A DNA stretch of 64,000 nucleotides, taken from the NCBI GenBank assembly GCA_029856155.1, contig JAHQWL010000088.1, positions 1 through 64,000 of the forward strand. Direction: 5' to 3'. Numbering within the stretch: the first letter of the stretch is position 1; every line of letters begins with the position of its first letter. Shown here piece after piece: positions 19,332 to 29,348 of this stretch. Both the position numbers and the translations under genes were made by a program. The notes beneath the pieces are model-generated. The model was not told where the DNA came from. It did no database searches and was given only the letters and a program-made list of their open reading frames with translations. This DNA comes from Promethearchaeia archaeon (lineage in GTDB: Archaea; Asgardarchaeota; Lokiarchaeia; Sigyniarchaeales; SOKP01).

Positions 19332-20297
19332 TTGAAAAAAAAGAAGAATCACGCACCGGAAATTTTTACTTGTTCGCATAAAAATGTCAAACAAGACAGT
19401 GGGTTCATAGTTTGTCAAGATTGTGGATTAATTATGGAAGATAATTTAGCTTTTGAATCCACAGCATCAACTAGCGACTTTTATACAGATTCGCAGAGAG
19501 ACTATGAAAGAAGAATTAATATAAGTAATTCGAAGGCGCTTCAAGATCCCATAATAAAAGAGAAATACGACCGAATTAAAACACTTGAAAAATGGTTCCG
19601 AGACTATAAATCTGATTTTACTGAACAAAAAAAGACTATTGAATTATTAAAAAGCCATAGCATAGGATTAAACATTAATAATGTAAAATACAAAGAAATT
19701 AAGGATAGGTATTTGAAATATAACAAATACCATCACCATAATTATCAAAATATGGTTATTATTTTTCTCGCAATTGTATGGTTAGAAATAAAAGATATCA
19801 CAAATATACGAATCGAAGAATTTATTAAAGTTTCTAGAGAATTAGGGCATAAAATCAATAAAAAGATGGTCAATAACGCCATGCTAAAAGTTAAAAGAAC
19901 AGAAAAGATATTTAAAGATAAAAAAAGTGCTTTAGATCTAGAAAATGAGATCAAAAATAAAATAAAAATTGTTTTTCAAAAAGATCTAAACAATATTTCA
20001 TTCAAGGAAGTTCAAGAGTTTTTTAGTGATAAAATTGAATATGAAAAAACTAAAATTGAAATGCTATTATTAGCTGATAAAGTATTAAATATAATCTCAT
20101 ATAATCAAATTCAAAATTTAAACTATAAAGCATTTACAGCGGGATTGATTTATTATGTAGGACAAACACTTGACAATCGAAAAATATTTACTCAAAGCCT
20201 TATAGAAAGGACCAGCAAATTTTCAAGTACTACTATTAGAAAGAAGTATCATGTCTTAAAAGATCTTTTAGGAGATCCCCAAAATCTGGAATTGTGA
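19332..20297 (+). CDS. Divergent TFIIB-like protein (Zn ribbon + cyclin-fold/HTH)
   Basis: CSH...VCQDCGLIM Zn ribbon. C-terminal 'AFTAGLIYY...FTQSLI...SSTTIRKKY' matches the TFB second repeat and HTH. Confidence 0.7.
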   Translation: MKKKKNHAPEIFTCSHKNVKQDSGFIVCQDCGLIMEDNLAFESTASTSDFYTDSQRDYERRINISNSKALQDPIIKEKYDRIKTLEKWFRDYKSDFTEQKKTIELLKSHSIGLNINNVKYKEIKDRYLKYNKYHHHNYQNMVIIFLAIVWLEIKDITNIRIEEFIKVSRELGHKINKKMVNNAMLKVKRTEKIFKDKKSALDLENEIKNKIKIVFQKDLNNISFKEVQEFFSDKIEYEKTKIEMLLLADKVLNIISYNQIQNLNYKAFTAGLIYYVGQTLDNRKIFTQSLIERTSKFSSTTIRKKYHVLKDLLGDPQNLEL

Positions 20298-20389
20298 TTT
20301 AAAAAGTATTTCTTTAGTCAAAATCATTAATATACTTCAAAACCTTATTAAATAATATTTAAATTACACTTACAGTTTTAATAATTAAA

Positions 20390-23260
20390 ATGTCATCATC
20401 AGAAAAACCTAATGAAATCATTTATTACAGTCAATCCATTGAAGATCTAATCAAAGCTTTCAATACTGATATAGATCATGGATTGAAATCATCAGAATTA
20501 AATGAAAGATATTTAAAATCTGGATATAATGAATTACCAAAAATAAAAAAATCAATTTGGAAGATTTATCTTGCCCCAATTTTCAATTTTTTGATTGTGA
20601 TTCTTCTTATAACAGGCATAGTGATTGTAATTTTAGGTTCTGCTGAAGAGACCGTTATTACATTTACAGTTGTAATTTTAAATTCTGCAACTGTAGTAAT
20701 TCAACAATATAGAGCACAGAAGGCTTTAGAATCTCTACGGCAAATTTCTGCGTTAAAAGCTACAGTAATTAGAGATGGGAATCAATTCGAAGTACCGAAT
20801 AGAGAATTAGTACCTGGAGATGTTGTGATTTTGGAACAAGGAGATAAAATACCCGCTGATGGGAGAATCATAAATTACGTAAATCTTACGATTGATGAAG
20901 CTCCTCTAACTGGTGAAAGTGAACCAGTAGAAAAAACTAATAGCATTATCAAAGAAAATGATGTTTCAATACAAAAGCAAACTAATATGGTATTTATGGG
21001 AACATATATTTATACTGGAAGGGCAAAAGCATTGATTACAGGAACTGGTATTAATACTGAGATTGGGAAGATATCTGAAACCCTTAATGAAATGGGGAGT
21101 ATTGAAGATATCCCACTAACAAGAAAATTAAATAGATTAGGGTATATTTTAGGGACAATCGTGGTAATAAATTTAATCGTATTAATCATTTATAAATTTT
21201 CTTTATTGTTAATTCAAGGAAATTTCATTCAATCAGAAATAAGTAGCGCTCTTGTTAGTTCTATATTAAGAGCTATTAATATCTTACCCATCAATCTTCC
21301 CATTTTGTCAACACTAGTATTAATTACAGGTGTACTAAATATGGCTCAAAGTGGCGTAATAATCAAAAATCTTTCTTCGATAGAATCACTCGGTCGGGTT
21401 TCTGTAATTTGTTCAGATAAAACTGGTACAATTACTAAAAATGAAATGACGGTTGAAAAATTTTGGATTAACGAGGAAGAATTTGACGTTACAGGTTCTG
21501 GTTATGATTCTGAAGGAGGAATATTTAAAAATAGTACTCCCATAAGCTTGAAAGATAATCCGACTTTTATTAAATTTATAGATTCAATGGTTTTAAATAA
21601 TAATGCTCAACTAGTATATGAAGATGTTAAAATCAGATTAAAAGAAAAAAGAGAAATGGCAGTAAGACGAGCCCTAGGTTCTCCAACTGAAGCTGCTTTA
21701 TTAGTGCTAGTTGAAAAAGCTGGACATATCCCTTACGATATTAAAAAGAAATATGAATTCATTAATGAATTTTCTTTTACTTCTGAATTAAAAAGAATGA
21801 GCTCAATATATAAAATTAATAATAATGAAAATGAAATATTTGTATTTACTAAAGGAGCTCCTGAAAGAATTATCGAGATTTCTTCTAGTATTGATATAAA
21901 TGGAAATATAAAACCTTTAGATTCTAACTTTAGAAAAGAAATACTGAATAAAATAGAAGATCGTGCAAATGAAGGATATAGAACTCTCGCTTTATCTTAT
22001 AAAATGTTTGCTAATGTTAACGATCCTAAAAGAGAAGAAGTAGAAAAAGAATTAATTTTATTAGGATTTGTTTCAATTATGGACCCTCCAAGAAAAGGTG
22101 TTAAAGAGTCTATTGAACAATGCCAAAATGGGGACATAAAAGTTATAATGATTACTGGTGATCACCCCGCAACAGCTAAAACAATTGCTTCACAAATGGG
22201 AATTCACAAAGAAGGAGATTTAGTTATCGAAGGTTCTCAGTTAAAAAGTTCTGAAAATATTGATTTTGAAAAAATTTCTGTTTTTGCTCGTGTAGAGCCT
22301 TCAGATAAAGAAATAATTGTTAAACGTTACCAAGATAATGATAAAGTAGTTGCTATGACGGGAGATGGAATTAATGATTCACTAGCATTAAAGCTCGCTA
22401 ATGCGGGTATAGCTATGGGTATTACAGGAACAGATGTTGCAAAAGAAACTGCGGATATGGTTATCTCAGATGATAATTTTACTTCTATTGAAAAAGGTGT
22501 TAGAATCGGCCGTGGTTTATTTTCGAAAATTAGGACTATAATCTATTTTTTTATTTGTTTGAATATAATGGAAGCAATCATCTTTTTTACTTATGAATTT
22601 ATACCCACATTTGATCTCTTTAGTTCAGAATGGCAACATATCTACATTTTTGGTATTGTACACTCCCTTCCTTCATTGGCATTAGTGATCGATACACATC
22701 CTAAGGATATTATGCTTGAACCACCTAGAGATGAAGAACAGATATTGAATAAAAATATGTGGATAATGTTATTAACACAAGCTTTTCTTATGGGTTTGGG
22801 ATTAGTTCTAATTCTGCAATTGACGTTATGGCACGTCATTCCGTTGAATAATTGGAACTTAAATCCATATTTTAGCTATTTTAATCCTGCCTCTAAATTT
22901 TCTGAATTGGTGGCTCAAAAAGCAAGAACTATGTTTATTACTACCATATTTATTCTCGAAACAAATTTCATATGGACATTTAGAAGACCAAATAAATCTC
23001 TCAATAGAAGTATAAAAGAAGAATTTAGTCTCTCTTTATTAGTTATATGTTTGTTTACGTTAGCATTGCATATTCTTTTTATTTGTTTTTCATACCTTGT
23101 TAATTACTATGTAAATGATGTTTTCGGGTTAGATTTACAGATAAATTTCATGTTTCTAAGCGGAACAGATTGGATACTCTGTATTTTATTTGCTTTACCA
23201 GGTATATTTGGCATTGAAGTATTTAAATATTTTGCTCGAGAAAAAAACATTCATTTTTAA
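20390..23260 (+). CDS. P-type ATPase, P2A-like scaffold with non-canonical transport site
   Basis: LTGES, CSDKTGT, KGAPE, DPPR, TGDH, MTGDGIND; M4 reads PINLP. Confidence 0.92.
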   Translation: MSSSEKPNEIIYYSQSIEDLIKAFNTDIDHGLKSSELNERYLKSGYNELPKIKKSIWKIYLAPIFNFLIVILLITGIVIVILGSAEETVITFTVVILNSATVVIQQYRAQKALESLRQISALKATVIRDGNQFEVPNRELVPGDVVILEQGDKIPADGRIINYVNLTIDEAPLTGESEPVEKTNSIIKENDVSIQKQTNMVFMGTYIYTGRAKALITGTGINTEIGKISETLNEMGSIEDIPLTRKLNRLGYILGTIVVINLIVLIIYKFSLLLIQGNFIQSEISSALVSSILRAINILPINLPILSTLVLITGVLNMAQSGVIIKNLSSIESLGRVSVICSDKTGTITKNEMTVEKFWINEEEFDVTGSGYDSEGGIFKNSTPISLKDNPTFIKFIDSMVLNNNAQLVYEDVKIRLKEKREMAVRRALGSPTEAALLVLVEKAGHIPYDIKKKYEFINEFSFTSELKRMSSIYKINNNENEIFVFTKGAPERIIEISSSIDINGNIKPLDSNFRKEILNKIEDRANEGYRTLALSYKMFANVNDPKREEVEKELILLGFVSIMDPPRKGVKESIEQCQNGDIKVIMITGDHPATAKTIASQMGIHKEGDLVIEGSQLKSSENIDFEKISVFARVEPSDKEIIVKRYQDNDKVVAMTGDGINDSLALKLANAGIAMGITGTDVAKETADMVISDDNFTSIEKGVRIGRGLFSKIRTIIYFFICLNIMEAIIFFTYEFIPTFDLFSSEWQHIYIFGIVHSLPSLALVIDTHPKDIMLEPPRDEEQILNKNMWIMLLTQAFLMGLGLVLILQLTLWHVIPLNNWNLNPYFSYFNPASKFSELVAQKARTMFITTIFILETNFIWTFRRPNKSLNRSIKEEFSLSLLVICLFTLALHILFICFSYLVNYYVNDVFGLDLQINFMFLSGTDWILCILFALPGIFGIEVFKYFAREKNIHF

Positions 23261-23404
23261 TATTGTTTTTATTCTTAAAAATTACTATTGAATACATTCT
23301 AGCAAAAAAGCAATAAATTAAAAGTTATGAATATCATAGGTTATTTATTATATTGAATAGAAATTTGAATTCAATTATTTGTTAAAAACTGTGGAAGAAC
23401 CACA

Positions 23405-26317
23405 ATGGAATCTACAGAAGAAAATTTTTATAATCTTGAATTAGGCGAAATCTACAAAAAATTTCAAACCGATCCTAAGAATGGTTTATCTGTAAAAGAA
23501 GCTGTCAAACGATTAGAAAAATATGGTTTAAATGAAATTCCCAAAGTCTCTAAGGGTTTCATTAAAATATACCTTGCTCCATTATTTAACTGGTTAATCG
23601 TTATTTACCTAATAGGGGCTGTAATACTAATTTTAGCATGGGCTTTTGGTGGAGAGGGAGATTTAATAACTGTTGCATTGACTTTATTTATCGTTCTTTT
23701 AAACTGTGTAGTCGCAATTATACAGCAATACAGAGCAACAAAAAAACTTAAAGCTTTACGAGAATTAACCGCTCCTACATCCACTATAATTAGGGATGGG
23801 CAAAAACAAGAGGTTCTGACCAAAGAAATTGTTGTGGGTGATCTGTTAGTAATAAGTCAAGGGGATAAGATTCCTGCAGATGCGAGGATTATTGAATCCT
23901 TTAATCTTGTGGTAAATGAAGCTTCTTTAACAGGAGAAAGCGAACCTGTAAGAAAAACGGAATTAGGAGAAGCAATAAAAAAAAGAGATATTTCTATAGG
24001 AGAACGTAGTAATATGGTATTTTATGGAACATTTATTTCTACAGGAACAGGTAAATCCGTCATAGTTGAAACTGGGGGAAATACTGAAATAGGGAAGATT
24101 TCTCATGGTCTAGAAGAAGCTGGTACAAGCGAGATTCCAATTCGCCAAAAAATGAATAATTTTGGTAAATGGTTAGGGATTATTGTTTTCGTTTTTTGGT
24201 TAATAACATTAATAATTATCTGGGCTGCAAGGGGGTCTCCTGAAATTGTGGAAAGTTTAAATTCTGCTCTCGATCTTATGCCAATCAATATACCATTATT
24301 GGTTACTATTATCTTAATAACTGGAGTACTTGCTATGGCTCATCGTGGCGTAATTATAAGAAATCTTGCTTCCGTTGATAGTTTAGGACGTGTAAGTGTT
24401 GTATGTTCTGATAAAACAGGTACACTAACTAAGAACCAAATGTCAGTTCAACATGTTTGGACAAACGGATCAATATTTCGAGTAACAGGTAGTGGATATA
24501 GCCCTGAGGGAGATATTATTCTCATGGATGACCCTAAGAATCATATTTATGTTAAACATATTAATGAATACCCATATCTTAAATTACTTTTGACTTGTGG
24601 TTTCCTAAACAATAATTCTGCTTTAGTGAAAAATGAAATTGAAATATCTGGAAAAACCCTCTATAATTGGAATGTGATTGGCTCTCCTACTGAGGGAGCA
24701 CTGATGGTTTTATTTCAGAAGGGTATGGGTGATTATCTTCTTGAGGATTATGAATCTATTACAGAATATCCGTTTGATTCATCTTTAAAACGAATGACTA
24801 AACTTTATAAAAGAGATAAAGTATATGTTTCCTTTACAAAGGGCGCAAGTGAAATTTTAATGCCCTTATGTTCAAAAGTAATATATAATGATAGTAAAAT
24901 TGAATTTACTGATGAGATAAAGAAGAAGATTATGGAAATTGTAAATTTATATGCAAATCAAGGTTATAGAATTTTAAGTTTATGCTATAAAGAAATGAAT
25001 GAGATCCCTCCAGAAGGAATTGAAGGTAGAGAAATAAGTGAAACAGATTTAACATTTATTGGGTTTGTTACAATATTAGATCCTCCAAGAGATGGTGTAA
25101 GAGAATCTATAGAACAATGTCATGAAGCGGGTGTTGATGTGATAATGATCACAGGAGACTCTCCAGCTACTGCGAGAGCGATTGCTTCACAGATCTCTAT
25201 TGTAACTAAAGAAAGTGATATTGTTGTAGAAGGGAGAGAAGTTAAAAATATCGAATCCTATGAAGAATTTTCTAAAATTAAGGTGTTTGCTCGAGTATCT
25301 CCAGAACATAAAGAAGATATAGTTGAGAAATATCAGGAACAAAAAAAAGTTGTTGCTATGACAGGTGATGGTGTGAACGATGCTTTAGCTTTAAATATGG
25401 CTGATGCAGGAGTAGCTATGGGAATTGCCGGCACTGATGTAGCTAAAGAAGCTTCAGATATGGTGATATCCGATGATTCATTTAACTCAATAGTAACAGG
25501 TATTCAACAAGGAAGGGGGATATTCGCAAGAATCCGAGCTGTAGTATTTTTCTATATTGTTATTAATGTATTTGAAGGTATTGTCCAATTTATATTAGCT
25601 ATTATACTAGATTTGCCTTATTTCTTAGATGAAGCTTTCTATTATCAATGGGTTTTTCTTTCAATAACTTTACATATATTTCCAGGATTAATTCTTACAT
25701 TTGATACTACTTCAAAAGACATAATGAAAGAAAAGCCGCGAGATTCAGAAGAAATCCTTTCAAAAAATACTTTTAATCTATTATTTATATTTGGTATTTT
25801 ACTTGCTATAAGTATGGTGATAGTGTATTTCATAACAATTACAGGCTTATATCCTGTTTTTCCTGAAAATATAGTTCCAGGATATCTATATTTTGATGAA
25901 TCACTATTACCTCCCGAGATATATAATATTCCAGAAGTTGCATTAGCCGACGTTTTAGAAAAAATAAATGTAATCAGAACTATTGGAAAAACCTTAACAA
26001 TGATGATGTGCACTCTATTTTTCTGTGAATCTTTTCTTGTATATCAGATTAGAAGGCCAAATAAATCTTTGATAAAGAGTCTTATTGAAGATCGAAATAA
26101 ATTTATGTTTCTTCTAATTGGACTTTTATTCTTTGTTTTCATTGCTCTAATATATATTCCTGGAGTACAAGTTTTCTTAGCTTCTGCAGGACTCAATTTT
26201 ATGTTCATGTTTCTAACAGGATTAGATTGGCTGGTATGTTTCTTAATCTCTTTAGTCTGCATCGTATCGTTTGAGATTGTAAAGTTTGTGGCGCGTAAAA
26301 AAGATATTACGTTTTAA
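23405..26317 (+). CDS. P-type ATPase, tandem paralog with non-canonical transport site
   Basis: LTGES, CSDKTGT, KGASE, DPPR, TGDS, MTGDGVND; M4 reads PINIP. Confidence 0.92.
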   Translation: MESTEENFYNLELGEIYKKFQTDPKNGLSVKEAVKRLEKYGLNEIPKVSKGFIKIYLAPLFNWLIVIYLIGAVILILAWAFGGEGDLITVALTLFIVLLNCVVAIIQQYRATKKLKALRELTAPTSTIIRDGQKQEVLTKEIVVGDLLVISQGDKIPADARIIESFNLVVNEASLTGESEPVRKTELGEAIKKRDISIGERSNMVFYGTFISTGTGKSVIVETGGNTEIGKISHGLEEAGTSEIPIRQKMNNFGKWLGIIVFVFWLITLIIIWAARGSPEIVESLNSALDLMPINIPLLVTIILITGVLAMAHRGVIIRNLASVDSLGRVSVVCSDKTGTLTKNQMSVQHVWTNGSIFRVTGSGYSPEGDIILMDDPKNHIYVKHINEYPYLKLLLTCGFLNNNSALVKNEIEISGKTLYNWNVIGSPTEGALMVLFQKGMGDYLLEDYESITEYPFDSSLKRMTKLYKRDKVYVSFTKGASEILMPLCSKVIYNDSKIEFTDEIKKKIMEIVNLYANQGYRILSLCYKEMNEIPPEGIEGREISETDLTFIGFVTILDPPRDGVRESIEQCHEAGVDVIMITGDSPATARAIASQISIVTKESDIVVEGREVKNIESYEEFSKIKVFARVSPEHKEDIVEKYQEQKKVVAMTGDGVNDALALNMADAGVAMGIAGTDVAKEASDMVISDDSFNSIVTGIQQGRGIFARIRAVVFFYIVINVFEGIVQFILAIILDLPYFLDEAFYYQWVFLSITLHIFPGLILTFDTTSKDIMKEKPRDSEEILSKNTFNLLFIFGILLAISMVIVYFITITGLYPVFPENIVPGYLYFDESLLPPEIYNIPEVALADVLEKINVIRTIGKTLTMMMCTLFFCESFLVYQIRRPNKSLIKSLIEDRNKFMFLLIGLLFFVFIALIYIPGVQVFLASAGLNFMFMFLTGLDWLVCFLISLVCIVSFEIVKFVARKKDITF

Positions 26318-26396
26318 AATCATCTTTTTTCTTTTATTTTTCTTAAATTTGATAATAAAGGATACTTTTTTATTATAAACTTGATTTTTTTCTTTT

Positions 26397-26942
26397 ATGT
26401 TAAGAGGGAAAAGAATCAAATTAGGTCCTATTAAAAGAGAATATATTGATTCATTTCTAAAATGGTTTAATGATCCCGAAATTACTCAATATCTTATAAT
26501 CTATCGTCCAATGACTAGGATGGCTGAAGAAGAATGGATGGAAACATTAAAAGAACGTGAGGATACTATTCATTTTTCTATTGTTATTCCAAATGAAGAT
26601 GGATCAGAGATTCTTATAGGTAATTGTGGAATTCATAAAATAGATTGGAAAAATCGAGTAGGAGAACTTGGAATAGTAATTGGAGAAAAAGAGTATCAAA
26701 ATGAAGGATTTGGTACTGAAGCAATAGAAATATTATTAGAATATAGCTTTAACACGGTGAACCTAAACAGAATCGAATTGCTTGTCTATGATTACAATGT
26801 TAGAGCCATGAAAGCATATAAAAAAGTAGGATTTATTGAAGAAGGGCGAAAGCGGCAATTTATGTGGTATAAGGGAGCTTATCATGATGCGATAATGATG
26901 GGAATATTAGCTGAAGAATGGGTAAAGAAAAATAAAAAATAA
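26397..26942 (+). CDS. GNAT N-acetyltransferase (RimJ/RimL/SpeG-like)
   Basis: ELGIVIGEKEYQNEGFGTEA, LNRIEL, N.RA..AY.KVGF..EG..R. Confidence 0.9.
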   Translation: MLRGKRIKLGPIKREYIDSFLKWFNDPEITQYLIIYRPMTRMAEEEWMETLKEREDTIHFSIVIPNEDGSEILIGNCGIHKIDWKNRVGELGIVIGEKEYQNEGFGTEAIEILLEYSFNTVNLNRIELLVYDYNVRAMKAYKKVGFIEEGRKRQFMWYKGAYHDAIMMGILAEEWVKKNKK

Positions 26943-26943
26943 T

Positions 26944-27999
26944 TTATTCTAATTCCTTAAAGTATGGGATTATCTTATCTCGAAATATTTCATAGACTTT
27001 ATTTGTATCGGGACCTCTATTCATTAAACTCATATGTGTTGCTCCGGCTTGTTTATATTTTTCTATACTTGAAATGACATCATCGATTGTGCCTAAACAA
27101 TTAGTATCTTGCAGAATTGTTTCAGGCAATTTATCCAGATTCTCTAAGTAATCCATTGAATTCATACTATTCATTTCAAAATCATGAACATTAAAATCTT
27201 CTGGTAAATCTAAGTTAGGATATGCTTCGTTCGTAATGAAGGAATTTAATAGATAGGAAGATTTAAAGAATTCACATCTTTTTATAGCATTCTCGGGATC
27301 CTCATTATCAATGGCTACAAAGCAATCATAAACATAATCAATCTCAGTAGGATCTCTGCCAGCTGCTTTTGCTGCATCAAAAACCTCTTTTTGTTTCTCC
27401 TTATAGAGCCATGGCGGTTGATAAAGTGGATACCACCCATCTGCTAATTCTCCAGTTATTTGACGAGTTTTTGGTCCATTGCCAGCAATATAAATTGGTG
27501 GACTTTTCTGAATTGGTTTTATTTGAATATAGGCTTTTTTTATTTCTCCCCAGAATTCACTGTTTCTATTAACTTTTTTCTTGGTCCAAAATTCCCTCAA
27601 TAAGATAATATACTCTCGTAATTTTGAAACAGATTTGTTTCTATCTAAACCATACATGTCAATATTCATTGCCTCTCCTGCTCCAAGCCCAATCATACCT
27701 CTCCCATTAGAGATCTGGTCTAATGTAGCTACTTTATGAGCCATTAATGCTGGATGAAAGCGATGACAATCAGAGACACCAGTGCATAATTTAATTTTTT
27801 TTGTTATCATCGCTAAGGATGTTAAAAAGCAATAGGCATCATAGCATGTTCCTGGACCTGGAGGTAACATTATTGTATGATCTGCATAAAAAACACCAAA
27901 AAACCCACACTCTTCAGCCTTTTTTGTTCCTTCGAACATATATTCAAGACGAGGCGTTGGTACAGGGATATGGAAACTAAACTTCATTATTCTAATCAT
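26944..27999 (-). CDS. LLM-class (luciferase-like) oxidoreductase, probably F420-dependent
   Basis: ADH, HPALMAHKVATLDQISNGR, GLGAGE, PPIYIAGNGP, ADGW. Confidence 0.85.
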   Translation of the reverse strand: MIRIMKFSFHIPVPTPRLEYMFEGTKKAEECGFFGVFYADHTIMLPPGPGTCYDAYCFLTSLAMITKKIKLCTGVSDCHRFHPALMAHKVATLDQISNGRGMIGLGAGEAMNIDMYGLDRNKSVSKLREYIILLREFWTKKKVNRNSEFWGEIKKAYIQIKPIQKSPPIYIAGNGPKTRQITGELADGWYPLYQPPWLYKEKQKEVFDAAKAAGRDPTEIDYVYDCFVAIDNEDPENAIKRCEFFKSSYLLNSFITNEAYPNLDLPEDFNVHDFEMNSMNSMDYLENLDKLPETILQDTNCLGTIDDVISSIEKYKQAGATHMSLMNRGPDTNKVYEIFRDKIIPYFKELE

Positions 28000-28150
28000 A
28001 CTCCTCTAGTATTGTTTAATCTTTTTTTGAACATTATTTATCAAAATTTGTATTTTTATTCAAATCTTTTGATAAATTTTAAAATCCAAGAGATTTATAA
28101 AATTTTTAGAATTTCTTTAACATAATAAGAAAATATATAGAAGTGATAAA

Positions 28151-29272
28151 ATGGATATTGATATAAAATTCGGGACAGAGGGTACATTTATCCCTCCTTT
28201 TGATAGGGGTATTGAAACCATAAAGAGAATCGAGAATAGTGGTTATGATTCAGTATGGTTTGCAGATCATTTAATGGGGTGGATTCCAGAATCAATTTGG
28301 ACTCCAGACCTTATTGAAATGTCAACAATTCAGAATAGTCCACATGATTTTTACGATGTTTTTTCTGTAATGTCAGTGGCAGCTTGGAACACTAAAAATG
28401 TTAAATTGGGTACGAGTGTTACAGAGACTTTTAGGAGACATCCAGCTGTGCTAGCCCAAACCTTTTTAACGTTGGATCATATATCAAAAGGGCGATCAAT
28501 TCTCGGCATCGGTACCGGTGAAGGGGAAAATATCATTCCATATGGTATAAAATGGGAGAAACCTGTTAGCAGATTGGAAGAGGCAATAAAAATAATAAAA
28601 CTCCTTTGGGAAAATGAAGGAAAAGTCAGTTTTGATGGGAACTTTTGGAAATTAAAAAATGCTGTCCTTTCTATAAAACCCTATGAAGAAAAAAAATATC
28701 CTCCGATATGGATCGCAGCACATGGCCCTAAAATGTGTGAATTGACGGGGAGATTAGGAGATGGTTGGATACCGTCCAACTTTAATCCTAAAACATATAA
28801 AGAAAAGCTTGATATTATTCAAAATTCAGCAAAAAAAGCAGGACGTAGTCCAGAAGATATTACACCCGGTTTATGGTGCAATTTAATTATTGATGAAGAT
28901 CATAATGAATGTGATAAACTATTAGAATCCGCTTATGTAAAAAACTATAGTTTAATTCAATCAAATGAATATTTTGAAAAATTTGGTATTTCACATCCAT
29001 TCGGCAAAGATTTTTACGGCCTTCTTGACTATATCCCTACAAACTATGACCGAGAAACTATGCTTGAAGCTTTTAGTAAGATACCAGCAAAATTGTGCGA
29101 TGAAAGTTTTTTACATGGCACACCAGATGAGATTATATCTAAAATTGAAGACTATGCCAAAGCTGGTTTGAAACATATTGTTCTTTATAATATTACCTAT
29201 AATTGCGATATTACTAAAATAAAAAGTTCATTTGGATGTGTAAAGAAAATATTACAATATTTCAAGGGTTAA
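28151..29272 (+). CDS. LLM-class oxidoreductase, probably F420-dependent
   Basis: DSVWFADHLMGW, RRHPAVLAQ, GIGTGEGEN, PPIWIAAHGP, GDGW. Confidence 0.88.
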   Translation: MDIDIKFGTEGTFIPPFDRGIETIKRIENSGYDSVWFADHLMGWIPESIWTPDLIEMSTIQNSPHDFYDVFSVMSVAAWNTKNVKLGTSVTETFRRHPAVLAQTFLTLDHISKGRSILGIGTGEGENIIPYGIKWEKPVSRLEEAIKIIKLLWENEGKVSFDGNFWKLKNAVLSIKPYEEKKYPPIWIAAHGPKMCELTGRLGDGWIPSNFNPKTYKEKLDIIQNSAKKAGRSPEDITPGLWCNLIIDEDHNECDKLLESAYVKNYSLIQSNEYFEKFGISHPFGKDFYGLLDYIPTNYDRETMLEAFSKIPAKLCDESFLHGTPDEIISKIEDYAKAGLKHIVLYNITYNCDITKIKSSFGCVKKILQYFKG

Positions 29273-29348
29273 ACTCTATGAAAAACTTTTTTCCAAATTA
29301 AATAATGTTTTTCCTATTGTTTTATTTATAATTTATAAGTGAGCAATT

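Noticed and set aside
20390-26317. Plain 'calcium-transporting ATPase' or bona fide P4 flippase call
   Set aside because: Key Ca2+ ligands (E309, N796, T799, D800 equivalents) are missing. P4 hallmarks (DGET, M5 Lys, CDC50 partner) are also absent.
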